Origin: a virus
IMG/VR virus record: IMGVR_UViG_3300045988_114702
DNA: 64,000 nt
Reading direction: 5' to 3' (one strand)
Shown here: positions 8,565 to 17,714 of the stretch, piece after piece
Position numbering within the stretch: position 1 is the first letter of the stretch
Layout: each line of letters starts with the position of its first letter
Notes under the pieces: model-generated
The model's input: only the letters and a program-made list of their open reading frames with translations
Told to the model about the DNA's origin: nothing
Database searches by the model: none
Translations under genes and position numbers: made by a program

Positions 8565-10749
8565 GCTTTTCCACCTCCATCAGGTCGTGCATCAGCTCGT
8601 CAACCAGCAACTTACCGGCATTCGCGCCTGTGCGAATAATGTTTCCATTTTCCTTTAACTCTGCAAACTCCTGTGCACGGATTTCTTTGGACTGCTTTGC
8701 AAAAGAAATTTCCGATGCTGTCATGCGCCCCTGCACCACCTGCTGCCATTCCTCGATGAATGGCTTGGCATCTTCCAGATCTGCATACTGGTCGTTGTTA
8801 TAGCTGCGTTTCTGCCGAACTGTACCGCCCGGCTCCACCTCCAAGGTGTACCACGGCGTATTGGGGTCAGACTTCTTTCGCAGGAAGAAAATGTAGCTTT
8901 CCCGAACAGAAATACGCTCAAAGTACCTAGTTCCACGCTGGATGCAGTGGTCAAGGAACTTGCTCTCCTGCAAAATGTCCTTTGCGCCCTCTGGCACCCG
9001 GATAATGTACTCCGCTCCATCGTACTCGTAGATTTTGCGGATCTTCTTGTAGATGTTTTCGATATGGAACTGCTTTTCCAGCTGTTCCGCTTCCTTTTCG
9101 ATAGAGCGTTTTGCACCTTTCATGACTTCCATCCGGTGCCGCTTATTGCGCTCCAGCACAAGATCATCATGCCGGCGCTTCAAGTCGAGCGGGAACATCA
9201 CGCTTTCAAGCTGCATATTCATCCCCACTTTTTCGGCCATGTCAAGGTAGTCCGACCAGTCCTGCGCAACTCTAAGTGCGATATGGCCGTTGTAGCTACC
9301 CGTGATTCGTCTTGTTTGCTGGCGGAGATATTTCAAGCTTCGCGTCATTCCGCTTTTCTGTAATGTCTTGGCCATTCCTGAAAGATTTCGGATGTTGGCC
9401 GTCATTGCCATGTTCTTGCCATTGATTGCGAGGCCGGCTTCTTTCCATTCCAGCGCATTATCCACCTCGCGGAACGACTTTTTGCTCTGCGAGACCACGG
9501 CCAGTTCCTGACGGTTTAAGCCAAACACACCGTAATAGGTCTCTGCGCGAAGATTGATGCGGGTGCTGTGTTCATATTCGTCGTACACCTGAGAGCACAG
9601 CGCATCAGCCCAGCCCGTTTTCACAAGGCTTTCGGCCATCGGATACCGATTCACGATTTCCCACTGACGAACCTCCCATGGAAAATTGAGATGATTGTCG
9701 TACTGGTACATCCATTCAGATTTCAGCACTTTCCGAACATCACTCTCAAATTGGTCAGTATGGGATGCCAATGTATACGGCTGATACGGACCAGAGGGGG
9801 CCGTCAGCATTGCGGATAACTTCGGGCGCTGGCACATAATATATTCCTCTTTTTCACTCCAGCTGCGTTTCCACTGCTTGATGGTCTTTCCGTCCGTCCA
9901 CCATATCCCCCGGCCATGAAATTCCAGTTCTGCCCGACGATTGCTGAAATCGAAATACACCAGATAGCGGCGAATCCAGACCCCATCTCCCTGCGGCTTG
10001 CTCCAAAGGAATGTCCTTGCGGCCCACAGCCTTTTGACCGAATAGCGGGTATTACGAACCTGCATTTTCTCCCCGCAGCACTCGCACACTGCCGTGCTCT
10101 TGTGCTTGAGCAGTTCTGACAGCGTATATTCGCCGCCACAACAATCGCACCTTACCCGCTGAATCGAGACCTTCTTCTCAACTCCACCGGGTTCGATTAC
10201 GTTCTGCTTGTCGTTGGTGACCCAGAGAAAGCCCGCATCACTGCACACTTTCAAAACCTGTTTTCCGAAATCCTCTGGCGGTTCCGGCAGATTCTCAAAG
10301 AGTTTCTGGGTTTCAGCCGCCTGCCGTGCATTACGCTCTTCACGCTTCTTTCTGGCATGAGCTGACAGCGCATCTTCTACAATGCCGACCAGATAACCCG
10401 GTCTGCGGTCATCAAAATAGTTTTGCAGAAGCTCCGACTCTCCCTTTGTTGCCGGCACTTCGGTCCTCCATGTCAAACACTGGCAAGGTCTGACCTCAAT
10501 TTCACGCGGCGAAAGTTCGCTCTTTTTCGGATTCTCGTTCCCACGAAGCTCCCCCGTCCAGTAACCTCCGAAAAAACGCCACACGACCAGCGGCTTTTCC
10601 TTTTTGTCCCAGACGGCCACCGTCAGCACCTTTCCCTTGATGTAGCGACCCACGCCCTGCCCCTCGGCAACTGACATACACAGCGCCGCATCCAACTCTG
10701 GCCGCTTCGGCTCCGGCGCATAAAGTTTCAATTCTTCAACCTTTTTCAT
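8554..10749 (-). CDS. Large PcfJ-like protein (731 aa)
   Basis: The C-terminal region LDHCIQRGTRYFERISVRESYIFFLRKK...WYTLEV resembles the PcfJ-like domain. An internal Cys cluster reads CDCCGG...CECCG. Confidence 0.5.
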   Translation of the reverse strand: MKKVEELKLYAPEPKRPELDAALCMSVAEGQGVGRYIKGKVLTVAVWDKKEKPLVVWRFFGGYWTGELRGNENPKKSELSPREIEVRPCQCLTWRTEVPATKGESELLQNYFDDRRPGYLVGIVEDALSAHARKKREERNARQAAETQKLFENLPEPPEDFGKQVLKVCSDAGFLWVTNDKQNVIEPGGVEKKVSIQRVRCDCCGGEYTLSELLKHKSTAVCECCGEKMQVRNTRYSVKRLWAARTFLWSKPQGDGVWIRRYLVYFDFSNRRAELEFHGRGIWWTDGKTIKQWKRSWSEKEEYIMCQRPKLSAMLTAPSGPYQPYTLASHTDQFESDVRKVLKSEWMYQYDNHLNFPWEVRQWEIVNRYPMAESLVKTGWADALCSQVYDEYEHSTRINLRAETYYGVFGLNRQELAVVSQSKKSFREVDNALEWKEAGLAINGKNMAMTANIRNLSGMAKTLQKSGMTRSLKYLRQQTRRITGSYNGHIALRVAQDWSDYLDMAEKVGMNMQLESVMFPLDLKRRHDDLVLERNKRHRMEVMKGAKRSIEKEAEQLEKQFHIENIYKKIRKIYEYDGAEYIIRVPEGAKDILQESKFLDHCIQRGTRYFERISVRESYIFFLRKKSDPNTPWYTLEVEPGGTVRQKRSYNNDQYADLEDAKPFIEEWQQVVQGRMTASEISFAKQSKEIRAQEFAELKENGNIIRTGANAGKLLVDELMHDLMEVEKRVG

Positions 10750-11284
10750 CGTGTGCCGCCTCCAAACTCTCCGACGTGTAATTTTTCCCGGGCAAAACCT
10801 TCACTCCATCGACCTGTTGAGCAATGCAAGCAAATTCGTTTTCTCCCCGGACGATGAAGCAGAGCCACTCGCCACGTGCACCAGCCAGTTCCTTGCCCTG
10901 ACCATACGCGATGTGGAACGGCCTCTTGAAGCAATCTTCGAATTTTTCTGCCGGATGCTCAAACGCATAATTTGCGTGCATAAGAAGGAACTCGTCTTCT
11001 TTCAGCCTGCGAAGCGGTACAATTTCGGTACAGCTGCTCCGCGTCCGGTAGTCATCCTCATCGATATCACCGCCAGCTGCGATGGCCCAGAACTCGTTTT
11101 TCCCGTCCCAAGCATACCAGTTAAGGCAGTCCAGCGGATCCAGACAGTAATGGAATCCCGTATTGGCGCATTTTGCCTTTTCGGTCTTGCTCACTTCGCC
11201 CGGCTGGTACTGATAGCTGCCATCGCCGAGCGTAGCAATCAGCCCCGGCTTGAATCCTTTGAATCCTAAAATCATCAGAGCCAC
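10736..11284 (-). CDS. Conserved hypothetical protein (FKGF...GFHYC..PLDC type)
   Basis: The N-terminus GFKGFKPGL...CANTGFHYCLDPLDCLNWY is a recurrent phage/ICE family signature that I cannot name reliably. Confidence 0.45.
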   Translation of the reverse strand: MALMILGFKGFKPGLIATLGDGSYQYQPGEVSKTEKAKCANTGFHYCLDPLDCLNWYAWDGKNEFWAIAAGGDIDEDDYRTRSSCTEIVPLRRLKEDEFLLMHANYAFEHPAEKFEDCFKRPFHIAYGQGKELAGARGEWLCFIVRGENEFACIAQQVDGVKVLPGKNYTSESLEAAHDEKG

Positions 11285-11823
11285 CCATCCAAGGAAAGCT
11301 GCATATCGTCTTCCGCAGGCGTTTCCTTCTTCTTTTTTGCCGGCTTTTTCGCATCCGTTTTCTTTTCTGCTTTGGACGCAGGCTTGGTTGTGTGAGCTGG
11401 TGCCGCCTGCTTCGGAACATTGGGGGATGCCTCTTCCGGTTTGACGGTGGCCGGAGCCTGCATCTCAGCTTCCGTAGGCGGTGCGCCAGTCAGTTTGATG
11501 TTCATGCTGAACGAAACCTCGGCATTCGGAAAGTAAAACTGCACGGCGCGGCGGTAGGTTTCGAGGTCGGACAGAACTTCGCCTGCGTTGTTGACAACAG
11601 CGGCGCAACATTCGGAGAACGTGCGCTGCGTATTGCAGACGACCTCTGCGAACCGCGGCTCCTGGTCTACAAAGCCAAGCAGTGTCCGCAGAACATAACT
11701 CTGCACGCTCTTTGCGGCACGACTGCCCTTGAACAGCTTGTCCTCAGCTTCCAGCTTTGCTTTTGCTTTAGCTCGCCAATCGACGAACTCAACTGTGGTT
11801 GTGGTGTGTGTGGTGGAATCCAT
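11275..11823 (-). CDS. PcfK-like / AcrIIA9-family-like protein with K/P-rich tail
   Basis: The N-terminal about 110 aa (AEDKLFKGSRAAKSVQSYVLRTL...YRRAVQFYFPNAEVSF) resembles the PcfK-like domain. A basic low-complexity tail ends in MQLSLDGWL. Confidence 0.5.
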   Translation of the reverse strand: MDSTTHTTTTVEFVDWRAKAKAKLEAEDKLFKGSRAAKSVQSYVLRTLLGFVDQEPRFAEVVCNTQRTFSECCAAVVNNAGEVLSDLETYRRAVQFYFPNAEVSFSMNIKLTGAPPTEAEMQAPATVKPEEASPNVPKQAAPAHTTKPASKAEKKTDAKKPAKKKKETPAEDDMQLSLDGWL

Positions 11824-11835
11824 ATTGTCCTCCTA

Positions 11836-12810
11836 TCAGAAAAAGCTAAGTTGCCCACCCTTGCCCTCGGAGAACACCGGTTCCTGTTCCGGCGCTCTTT
11901 GCGGCTTTTTAGCGGCTTTTGGCTTTTCCGTGTTCTTTGGTTTCTCGAGATTTTTAGGAGCTTCAGGGGATTTTTGTGGTTCGGATTTTGGCGCATCTGC
12001 GACACGCTCTTTCCTTATCGGTTGAGTGACCAGTTCCATCTGCGCCATAAAGATTCGATATTGCCAAACCGGGATCCTGAGCATCGGCGTATACCAGACG
12101 TTCCCTTTGTCAACTGGAAGCAGCCCCCTTTTGTCATAAGACACAGACGGGCTTGCAAGCGTATCACCGATGACGACATACCCCGGCATTCCAAGCAGAC
12201 TCATTTGCAGATAGCACATCATGCCCACGATGTAGTCAATGTCCTGCGCCACAAACAGTACATCCGTCTGATAATTGATGCCTTTCTTTCTGCATTCGTT
12301 TGCGAACGCCACCAGCAAGGCCCCAGCGCCGCAGGTCGGATCACAGACCGCAACCCATCCCCTATCTCCGATTTTCTGCTGAAACTCTTCTGCGGGGGTC
12401 GTTACTGCGGACATGAACTCACACAGGTGGTAGGGCGTAAAGAATTGTCCTGCATGGTCGTTTCCAAGCCCCAAGCACATATACAACTCGCCAAGGAAGT
12501 CCTGTTCCGGGTTGTCCTCTAGTGCCACGACCAACAAGGCCAGCATTTCCGTAAATGCTTCCATTTCCGGCCGCGTGTATTTTCCTGCGATTGATAAGTA
12601 CTGCTTCTCGCGTTCGTCAAAGTGGCTCTGATCTGTCGCATTGGACACCGCAATAGCACTCATGGTGATCCAATCGCTCCAGACCTGCCAGCGTGACCGA
12701 CCATTGCTCGAAAACACTTCAAACTTTTTTACAAGTTCCTTCTGTGCTTCACCCCGGACATGGCGAACATCACTCCCCATTGGAATCGCCCCCTTTGCCC
12801 TGCGGAACAT
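11836..12810 (-). CDS. N6-DNA-methylase-like protein lacking an obvious NPPY/F motif, with K/P-rich tail
   Basis: SAM motif VCDPTCGAGALLVAF and the following AQDID...GDTL block are present. No NPP[YF] was found. The tail ends in GGQLSFF. The start could be the internal M at 12780. Confidence 0.6.
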   Translation of the reverse strand: MFRRAKGAIPMGSDVRHVRGEAQKELVKKFEVFSSNGRSRWQVWSDWITMSAIAVSNATDQSHFDEREKQYLSIAGKYTRPEMEAFTEMLALLVVALEDNPEQDFLGELYMCLGLGNDHAGQFFTPYHLCEFMSAVTTPAEEFQQKIGDRGWVAVCDPTCGAGALLVAFANECRKKGINYQTDVLFVAQDIDYIVGMMCYLQMSLLGMPGYVVIGDTLASPSVSYDKRGLLPVDKGNVWYTPMLRIPVWQYRIFMAQMELVTQPIRKERVADAPKSEPQKSPEAPKNLEKPKNTEKPKAAKKPQRAPEQEPVFSEGKGGQLSFF

Positions 12811-13501
12811 CCTGTTTTTTGAACGGTCTTCTCTTTATTCGTCCAAGGCTGTCAGTAAGACCTAGAATGTTGTTTCCGCTCGGCGTTTCTCGGTCAACCC
12901 GATTTCCTTTATTTTTGATGTGAGTTTTTTCCCACTCTGCAAACGTTGTAACATGCTGCGCCGCCGCCTGATCGAGCAGGCGCTTAGCATAGCACCATGG
13001 GTGCTTCGCTTGGTGGCGCATCGCTTCTTCCAGCGTAGCAACCACCAAAGCGTCTTCCATCCCGGTCTCTCGCAAATCCCGAAATTCTGCTGCCATGTAG
13101 GGCGTAAGCATACTGTCGCATCCAGCCCAGACCCAGTAGCTTTCCGGGGTGTCATCAGGCGGGCCGGTTGATTTTTCTGGATTTTCCTCAGTTGTGGATT
13201 CTTCAAAACCCATTCGGTTTTCTGGGTTTTCTTGATTTTCTTTTGATTTGCGAGGTCTGCCACCTCTGGCACCGTTTGCCCTATTGGCAGCGGCCTGACG
13301 CTCGTATGCTTCATTGGAAGCATCGATTTTGGCTTTTATTGCCGCCCAAACAAAGCGCTCATTCCCCAGAAACTTCGGTTCTGAACCAGTTTCCTTGTAA
13401 TCCATCATAGCCCATAGAATTCGGCCCCGTTCCGCTTCATTGAACGGTTCTAGCAATGCTCTGTAATCCTTCACCCACAGTTTTATGTAATCATTCGCCA
13501 C
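12770..13501 (-). CDS. DnaD-domain replication/replisome-organiser-like protein
   Basis: GTG at 13501 follows GGAGGTGGA. The C-terminus LEEAMRHQAKHPWCYAKRLLDQAAAQHVTTFAEW resembles the DnaD/DnaB_2 domain. Confidence 0.55.
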   Translation of the reverse strand: MANDYIKLWVKDYRALLEPFNEAERGRILWAMMDYKETGSEPKFLGNERFVWAAIKAKIDASNEAYERQAAANRANGARGGRPRKSKENQENPENRMGFEESTTEENPEKSTGPPDDTPESYWVWAGCDSMLTPYMAAEFRDLRETGMEDALVVATLEEAMRHQAKHPWCYAKRLLDQAAAQHVTTFAEWEKTHIKNKGNRVDRETPSGNNILGLTDSLGRIKRRPFKKQDVPQGKGGDSNGE

Positions 13502-14159
13502 GCTCCACCTCCCCTTTCGGTTTTTGATTGAGCGAAAGCACTTTACATAGATGCCGATCCAGCTTGATGCCATAGATATGGTAATCAGCAAACAGGGCTT
13601 TTTCTCTGCGGTGCGCTTCTTCATGGTGCCGCCGACAAAGGGCTATCGCATTCAGCCCGACATGGACGATAGCTTCTCTATCTCGACCCATGCCCACGCG
13701 GTCAACATGGTGCACCTCTGCAGGCTGGTTGCAAATTGCACACCGGCGATTTTCAAGGCAAAGATACAGGTACTTGCCAATATCATCCGTCTGGGTGAGC
13801 AGGCTGTCCTTTGTGGGCACTCCCCAATGGAAGCAAAACTGAATCAGGTATGTAATAAACTCTCGGGCCGTGGTCATATCGCAATTCGAAAGGGAGAACC
13901 ACTCCCGCAGACAGCGGGAACAGAAATCCCATTCCAGATAAAGCCGAAGTTCTTCCGGCTCCTGCCCTGACCACAAAGAAATATCTCGGATAATAGCGAA
14001 AATCTTGCGGCGCTGGTCTGCGGAAATGGTTCGGCCATCATCCAGACGGACTTCTACCCGCCGGGGGCGCTTCTGCGCCAGAAACCGGCTGATGTCTACG
14101 TCGGGTTTCAGGACAAGCTTTCCGTTCTCCAGCTTCTCAATTTTCGCTGTCACAATCAT
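13491..14159 (-). CDS. Putative HNH nuclease (HNHc_6-like)
   Basis: Motif CAICNQPAEVHHVDRVGMGRDR...ALCRRHHEEAH. ATG at 14159 follows AAGGAGAA. Confidence 0.6.
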   Translation of the reverse strand: MIVTAKIEKLENGKLVLKPDVDISRFLAQKRPRRVEVRLDDGRTISADQRRKIFAIIRDISLWSGQEPEELRLYLEWDFCSRCLREWFSLSNCDMTTAREFITYLIQFCFHWGVPTKDSLLTQTDDIGKYLYLCLENRRCAICNQPAEVHHVDRVGMGRDREAIVHVGLNAIALCRRHHEEAHRREKALFADYHIYGIKLDRHLCKVLSLNQKPKGEVERGE

Positions 14160-14805
14160 GCGCGTTCTCCTTGTCCACATGGACGTGCATCGGAATATAA
14201 ACGCTGTTTGCTTTCATATTCCGTGCCAAAAAGTCATTGCATTTCGCTTCTGACAGGTGATTTCTGAGCACCTGCAGTTCGTAGGCATACTGCCCAGCTA
14301 CCTTTTTCTCTTGGATTTTGGCTTGTATATCTTCATCCCGGTAGTTCGATTCTATCAGATAAAGGTCATAGCCGATCGCCTGAATGCCATCCAAATTGTT
14401 AGTATCAGTGGCATAAATCACCTTGCCAGACGGAAAATGCACCTTATACCCACAGTTGGGTACGTTATGGGCTAGCATTACCGGAATCACATTGCACAGG
14501 CCGTACCCATACAACGTTCGCGGGGTCAGTACATCAATCTGACGCTCCGGCACCCCTGCAGCTATGAGCGGCGGCACCAGCCAGCGGCAACACCCGAAGC
14601 GGAGTGTCGGCCGCTCACTGGCAAGCCGCTTGATGGTTCGCTTCTGGAAGTGATCTGAGTGGATATGCGTCAGAAGCACAAGCTTCAGTCTCGGAACATA
14701 CGGCTCCAACGCCTTATACGGCACGCCGCAGTCTACCAGCACAAAATCTTCCAGAATCGTGGCGTTACCATCGCTGCCGGTGCTGATAATGTTGTACCTG
14801 ACCAT
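14137..14805 (-). CDS. MBL-fold metallo-hydrolase
   Basis: HxHxDH motif (LLTHIHSDHF). The size is typical of phage MBL proteins found next to RecT. Confidence 0.7.
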   Translation of the reverse strand: MVRYNIISTGSDGNATILEDFVLVDCGVPYKALEPYVPRLKLVLLTHIHSDHFQKRTIKRLASERPTLRFGCCRWLVPPLIAAGVPERQIDVLTPRTLYGYGLCNVIPVMLAHNVPNCGYKVHFPSGKVIYATDTNNLDGIQAIGYDLYLIESNYRDEDIQAKIQEKKVAGQYAYELQVLRNHLSEAKCNDFLARNMKANSVYIPMHVHVDKENAHDCDSEN

Positions 14806-15761
14806 CAGAGCGATGCCAGATCAACGGCTTCTTCCACCGCGTCCGCCTCCGGTTCCGGCAGATCCATGGTTTTTGCTGTCCGCTCAATCTTGGGCGGCTC
14901 GGCTTCGTTCTTCTGGCTCGGCTCTGCCGGATCCAGCACTTCAGGAAGAAGTTCGCCGCTTGCCACATCAGGCATCATTACTCGGCCATCCCGCTCGTAG
15001 GCGGTGGTCATTTCCACTGTCATAATGCCCCACTTGGAAATCAGCTGACGCAGCATTGTCTTTTTGGACATCGCGTCAAAATTCTTATACCAAAAGCTGG
15101 AGTACTTCCACAGTTCGTCCTGCGGGATTTCACCATTCAGCAGCTTCTGGTACGCCTTTGCGCTGAACGCCGGGCTGTACTTGTCGGCATGAGCCATCAT
15201 CTGGTCTGCTGTCCAGTACAGGGTTTTCTCGAAGCCGTTGATGTACTCAAAGTGGGCAATATAGCCCACGGTCGGCATCGATGCACGCTTCTCAAAATCT
15301 TCGATGAAGTGCATTTCATGGAATCGTTCTTCAAAGGGATCCCATCCGGTCAGCTCCCCGTTCTTCACTTCCAGCACGTTCAGGCGCTTGTACTGGCCCG
15401 TGCGCAAGGCCAGCTGGATATAACCCTTATATCCAAGCACAAACTGTGCTTTGACACTTGCAGGCTTAATCATCTGGCCATTCTTGTACTTTGCCTTGGA
15501 CTCGAAAGGAATCAGATAAAACTGGCCCAACTGTGGAGAGGGCTGCAGATTCAGGCTTTCGCCCAGCAATGCGCCAGCAAGGATCGTGCCTGCATCGCAC
15601 TTCTGCAATTCCGGATTGACAGCAACGGCGCTAGTGATATTGGCAATGAAGCGGGCGCCGCGCGCCGGATCGCCCAGCGTGTTATTTACGAGATTTTTGT
15701 ACATCGGAGTCTGGATTGCCTGCGAAAAGCGCATTTTCTGCGGCTGCATTGCTTTAGCCAT
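14805..15761 (-). CDS. recT: RecT-family single-strand annealing recombinase
   Basis: The N-terminal half (GDPARGARFIANITSAVAVNPELQKC...QFYLIPF) matches RecT family character. Confidence 0.8.
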   Translation of the reverse strand: MAKAMQPQKMRFSQAIQTPMYKNLVNNTLGDPARGARFIANITSAVAVNPELQKCDAGTILAGALLGESLNLQPSPQLGQFYLIPFESKAKYKNGQMIKPASVKAQFVLGYKGYIQLALRTGQYKRLNVLEVKNGELTGWDPFEERFHEMHFIEDFEKRASMPTVGYIAHFEYINGFEKTLYWTADQMMAHADKYSPAFSAKAYQKLLNGEIPQDELWKYSSFWYKNFDAMSKKTMLRQLISKWGIMTVEMTTAYERDGRVMMPDVASGELLPEVLDPAEPSQKNEAEPPKIERTAKTMDLPEPEADAVEEAVDLASL

Positions 15762-16737
15762 TGCTATTTACCTCCTGATTCTCAATGCCAATGGAATCCA
15801 TGTACTTCTGAATTTCATCGACTTTGTCATTTACGAAAGACTTTAGTTCCCGCAGCTGGGTCAGAGTGCCGCGGCACTGGAACGTGCGTCCCATAAAAGC
15901 AAACTTTGCATTCATGACCTGTTCCGTGCTCTCCTTCTGGGAGTCCTCAGTCTCCTGCTCGTCCATAACGGGCGGTTCGGTGCCCATGACCTGAGGCGCA
16001 GACAGTTCTTCCTCTGCCACATCCAGAACGGCCTTTTCTGCTTCTTGTGCCCGAAGCTGGGCTTCCAGACGCTGCTTGCGCTCGGCTTCTTCCCGGGCAA
16101 TACGGTCTTTGCGCTGGCTCACGCTGTTAATGGCAACAGCCAAACTTCCGCACAGCTTATACTCGGCCATGATCTCCGGGGCATTTTCCATGCCGTTGAT
16201 GCAGGCTACGTCAGCCGCAACCTTTTCCACATACTCCTTGACCTTGGCTTTCAGGGATTTCAGGCTTGCGGTCAATGTGACTGCAACGCCGACATCCTCA
16301 TAGGTGACCCACTCAACGCCGCTGGCCTTGACCATCTCAGCAAAGTAATCCTTGACCTTTTTTTCCTTGTCGGCTTTCAGTCCGGCTTCCACGTCCGTGA
16401 TTTTGCCCTTCAGTGCTTCATCTGCCGGACCGTACACGTCCGTAACGCATTCTTTGTAAACCTCGTCGAAGTCCTCAAACGGCTGCATGATCTGCTTCTT
16501 CACGGCCATGCGCCGGGCATCCAGATCCTTGCGGTCACGGTTCAGCGCCGCCCGGCGCTCCTTTACAACTTTGAGGGTTTCTTCCGTGCAGGCCAGCGAA
16601 AGCGCCTCCTTGACGGACTCCTGAGCCTGTGCTTTGATGCTGTGCAGCTGCTCCTTGATGATAGGAAGCTGCTGCACCACAATCAGACTATCTGCCAACG
16701 CCGTGGTCTGATTGGTGGTAGTAATTTCCTTTTCCAT
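15754..16737 (-). CDS. DUF1351-like protein (RecT-associated)
   Basis: ATG at 16737 follows AGGAGG. Coiled-coil-rich protein of about 327 aa in the usual position upstream of recT. Confidence 0.55.
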   Translation of the reverse strand: MEKEITTTNQTTALADSLIVVQQLPIIKEQLHSIKAQAQESVKEALSLACTEETLKVVKERRAALNRDRKDLDARRMAVKKQIMQPFEDFDEVYKECVTDVYGPADEALKGKITDVEAGLKADKEKKVKDYFAEMVKASGVEWVTYEDVGVAVTLTASLKSLKAKVKEYVEKVAADVACINGMENAPEIMAEYKLCGSLAVAINSVSQRKDRIAREEAERKQRLEAQLRAQEAEKAVLDVAEEELSAPQVMGTEPPVMDEQETEDSQKESTEQVMNAKFAFMGRTFQCRGTLTQLRELKSFVNDKVDEIQKYMDSIGIENQEVNSNG

Positions 16738-16910
16738 GTGTACCTCCTGATTCTCTGTATAGAAAAACGGCAGTAGGAATGCTCCTGACCGCCGCTTCGT
16801 ACCTGTTGAAAAAATCAACCGATTATGCTACAATATGGTTGTGTGTGGTGGAGACCTGCATTTTCCGGCTTGATGTTCCTGCATCAAGCGCCAACGGAAC
16901 GTGTGGGTCT

Positions 16911-17165
16911 CTATCCATTTGTAGCGCGCTGACCATTCTGGTCAGCGCTTTTTTCGTGTGCGGCGAGTATATCCCACACCGAGAGCTGCCCTACAATCTG
17001 GCGCTCAGCGGTGATTTTAGGCTGTGTGACAGTCCTGATTCTGCGGGGCTTTGCGGGTGCTCGGAGCCGTTTTCCGAACTCCTTGACGTAACACTTCGCG
17101 CCGTACCCCACTTCGATTGCCGCCGGATCTGTAATGACCCTGTGACACCGAGCGCACCTTGTCAT
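16911..17165 (-). CDS. Small CxxC protein (DUF6011-like)
   Basis: MTRCARCHRVITDPAAIEVGYGAKCY. Overlaps the 3' part of the neighbouring membrane-protein frame. Confidence 0.4.
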   Translation of the reverse strand: MTRCARCHRVITDPAAIEVGYGAKCYVKEFGKRLRAPAKPRRIRTVTQPKITAERQIVGQLSVWDILAAHEKSADQNGQRATNG

Positions 17166-17406
17166 TCTTCTTCTTTCCTCCAAAAAGCGCCTGCATCTGC
17201 AGTTCGTGCATCAGGCGGGACGCAATAATGATTGCACCAACAATGAGAATCCACTCCCCGCCAATTGCCCAGTAGCCGCGCCAGCGATATGTACTGGGCA
17301 GCTGCCACAAGGCCATAAGCCCACCGGAAATTACGCCGGCCAGCGTGTCCAGCAGTCCAACAACGACCCAGCCCGTCACGGTCAAATGCCTTTCTTTGCG
17401 TTTCAT
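17017..17406 (-). CDS. Membrane protein (2 TM) with basic tail
   Basis: ATG at 17406 follows AAGGGGG and forms an ATGA overlap. Two hydrophobic helices. The last about 50 codons overlap 16911-17165 in another frame. Confidence 0.45.
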   Translation of the reverse strand: MKRKERHLTVTGWVVVGLLDTLAGVISGGLMALWQLPSTYRWRGYWAIGGEWILIVGAIIIASRLMHELQMQALFGGKKKNDKVRSVSQGHYRSGGNRSGVRREVLRQGVRKTAPSTRKAPQNQDCHTA

Positions 17407-17714
17407 TTCAGGTTTGCCCCCTTCATGTAGGTTTCGATCAGTGCCCACTTGCGAACATCCATCGGCTGGTGAACAGCATCTTCCAGTGCTTCTTCGGTTC
17501 CGCAGCGGTCACAAATCGTGATGCCCGGAACTTGACGGGAAAGAGCATTGCTGTGCAAGCGCATCTTCATGGTCTGCTTTCCGCATCGAGGGCACGGAAG
17601 CACCTGCGCCATTTCGGCGGCAGCATCCTGCACATCCCGATATGTTGCAAAAACTTCGTCCAGCAGCATCCTCTCGGTGTGCGCCTGAATCATTTGCGCC
17701 ATCTTATGAAACAT
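17403..17714 (-). CDS. Zinc-ribbon protein (103 aa)
   Basis: CPRCGKQ...CDRCG motif. Confidence 0.45.
   Translation of the reverse strand: MFHKMAQMIQAHTERMLLDEVFATYRDVQDAAAEMAQVLPCPRCGKQTMKMRLHSNALSRQVPGITICDRCGTEEALEDAVHQPMDVRKWALIETYMKGANLK

Noticed and set aside
11392-12522. 376-aa plus-strand ORF
   Set aside because: It is antisense to the PcfK-like and methylase-like genes. There is no RBS or motif.
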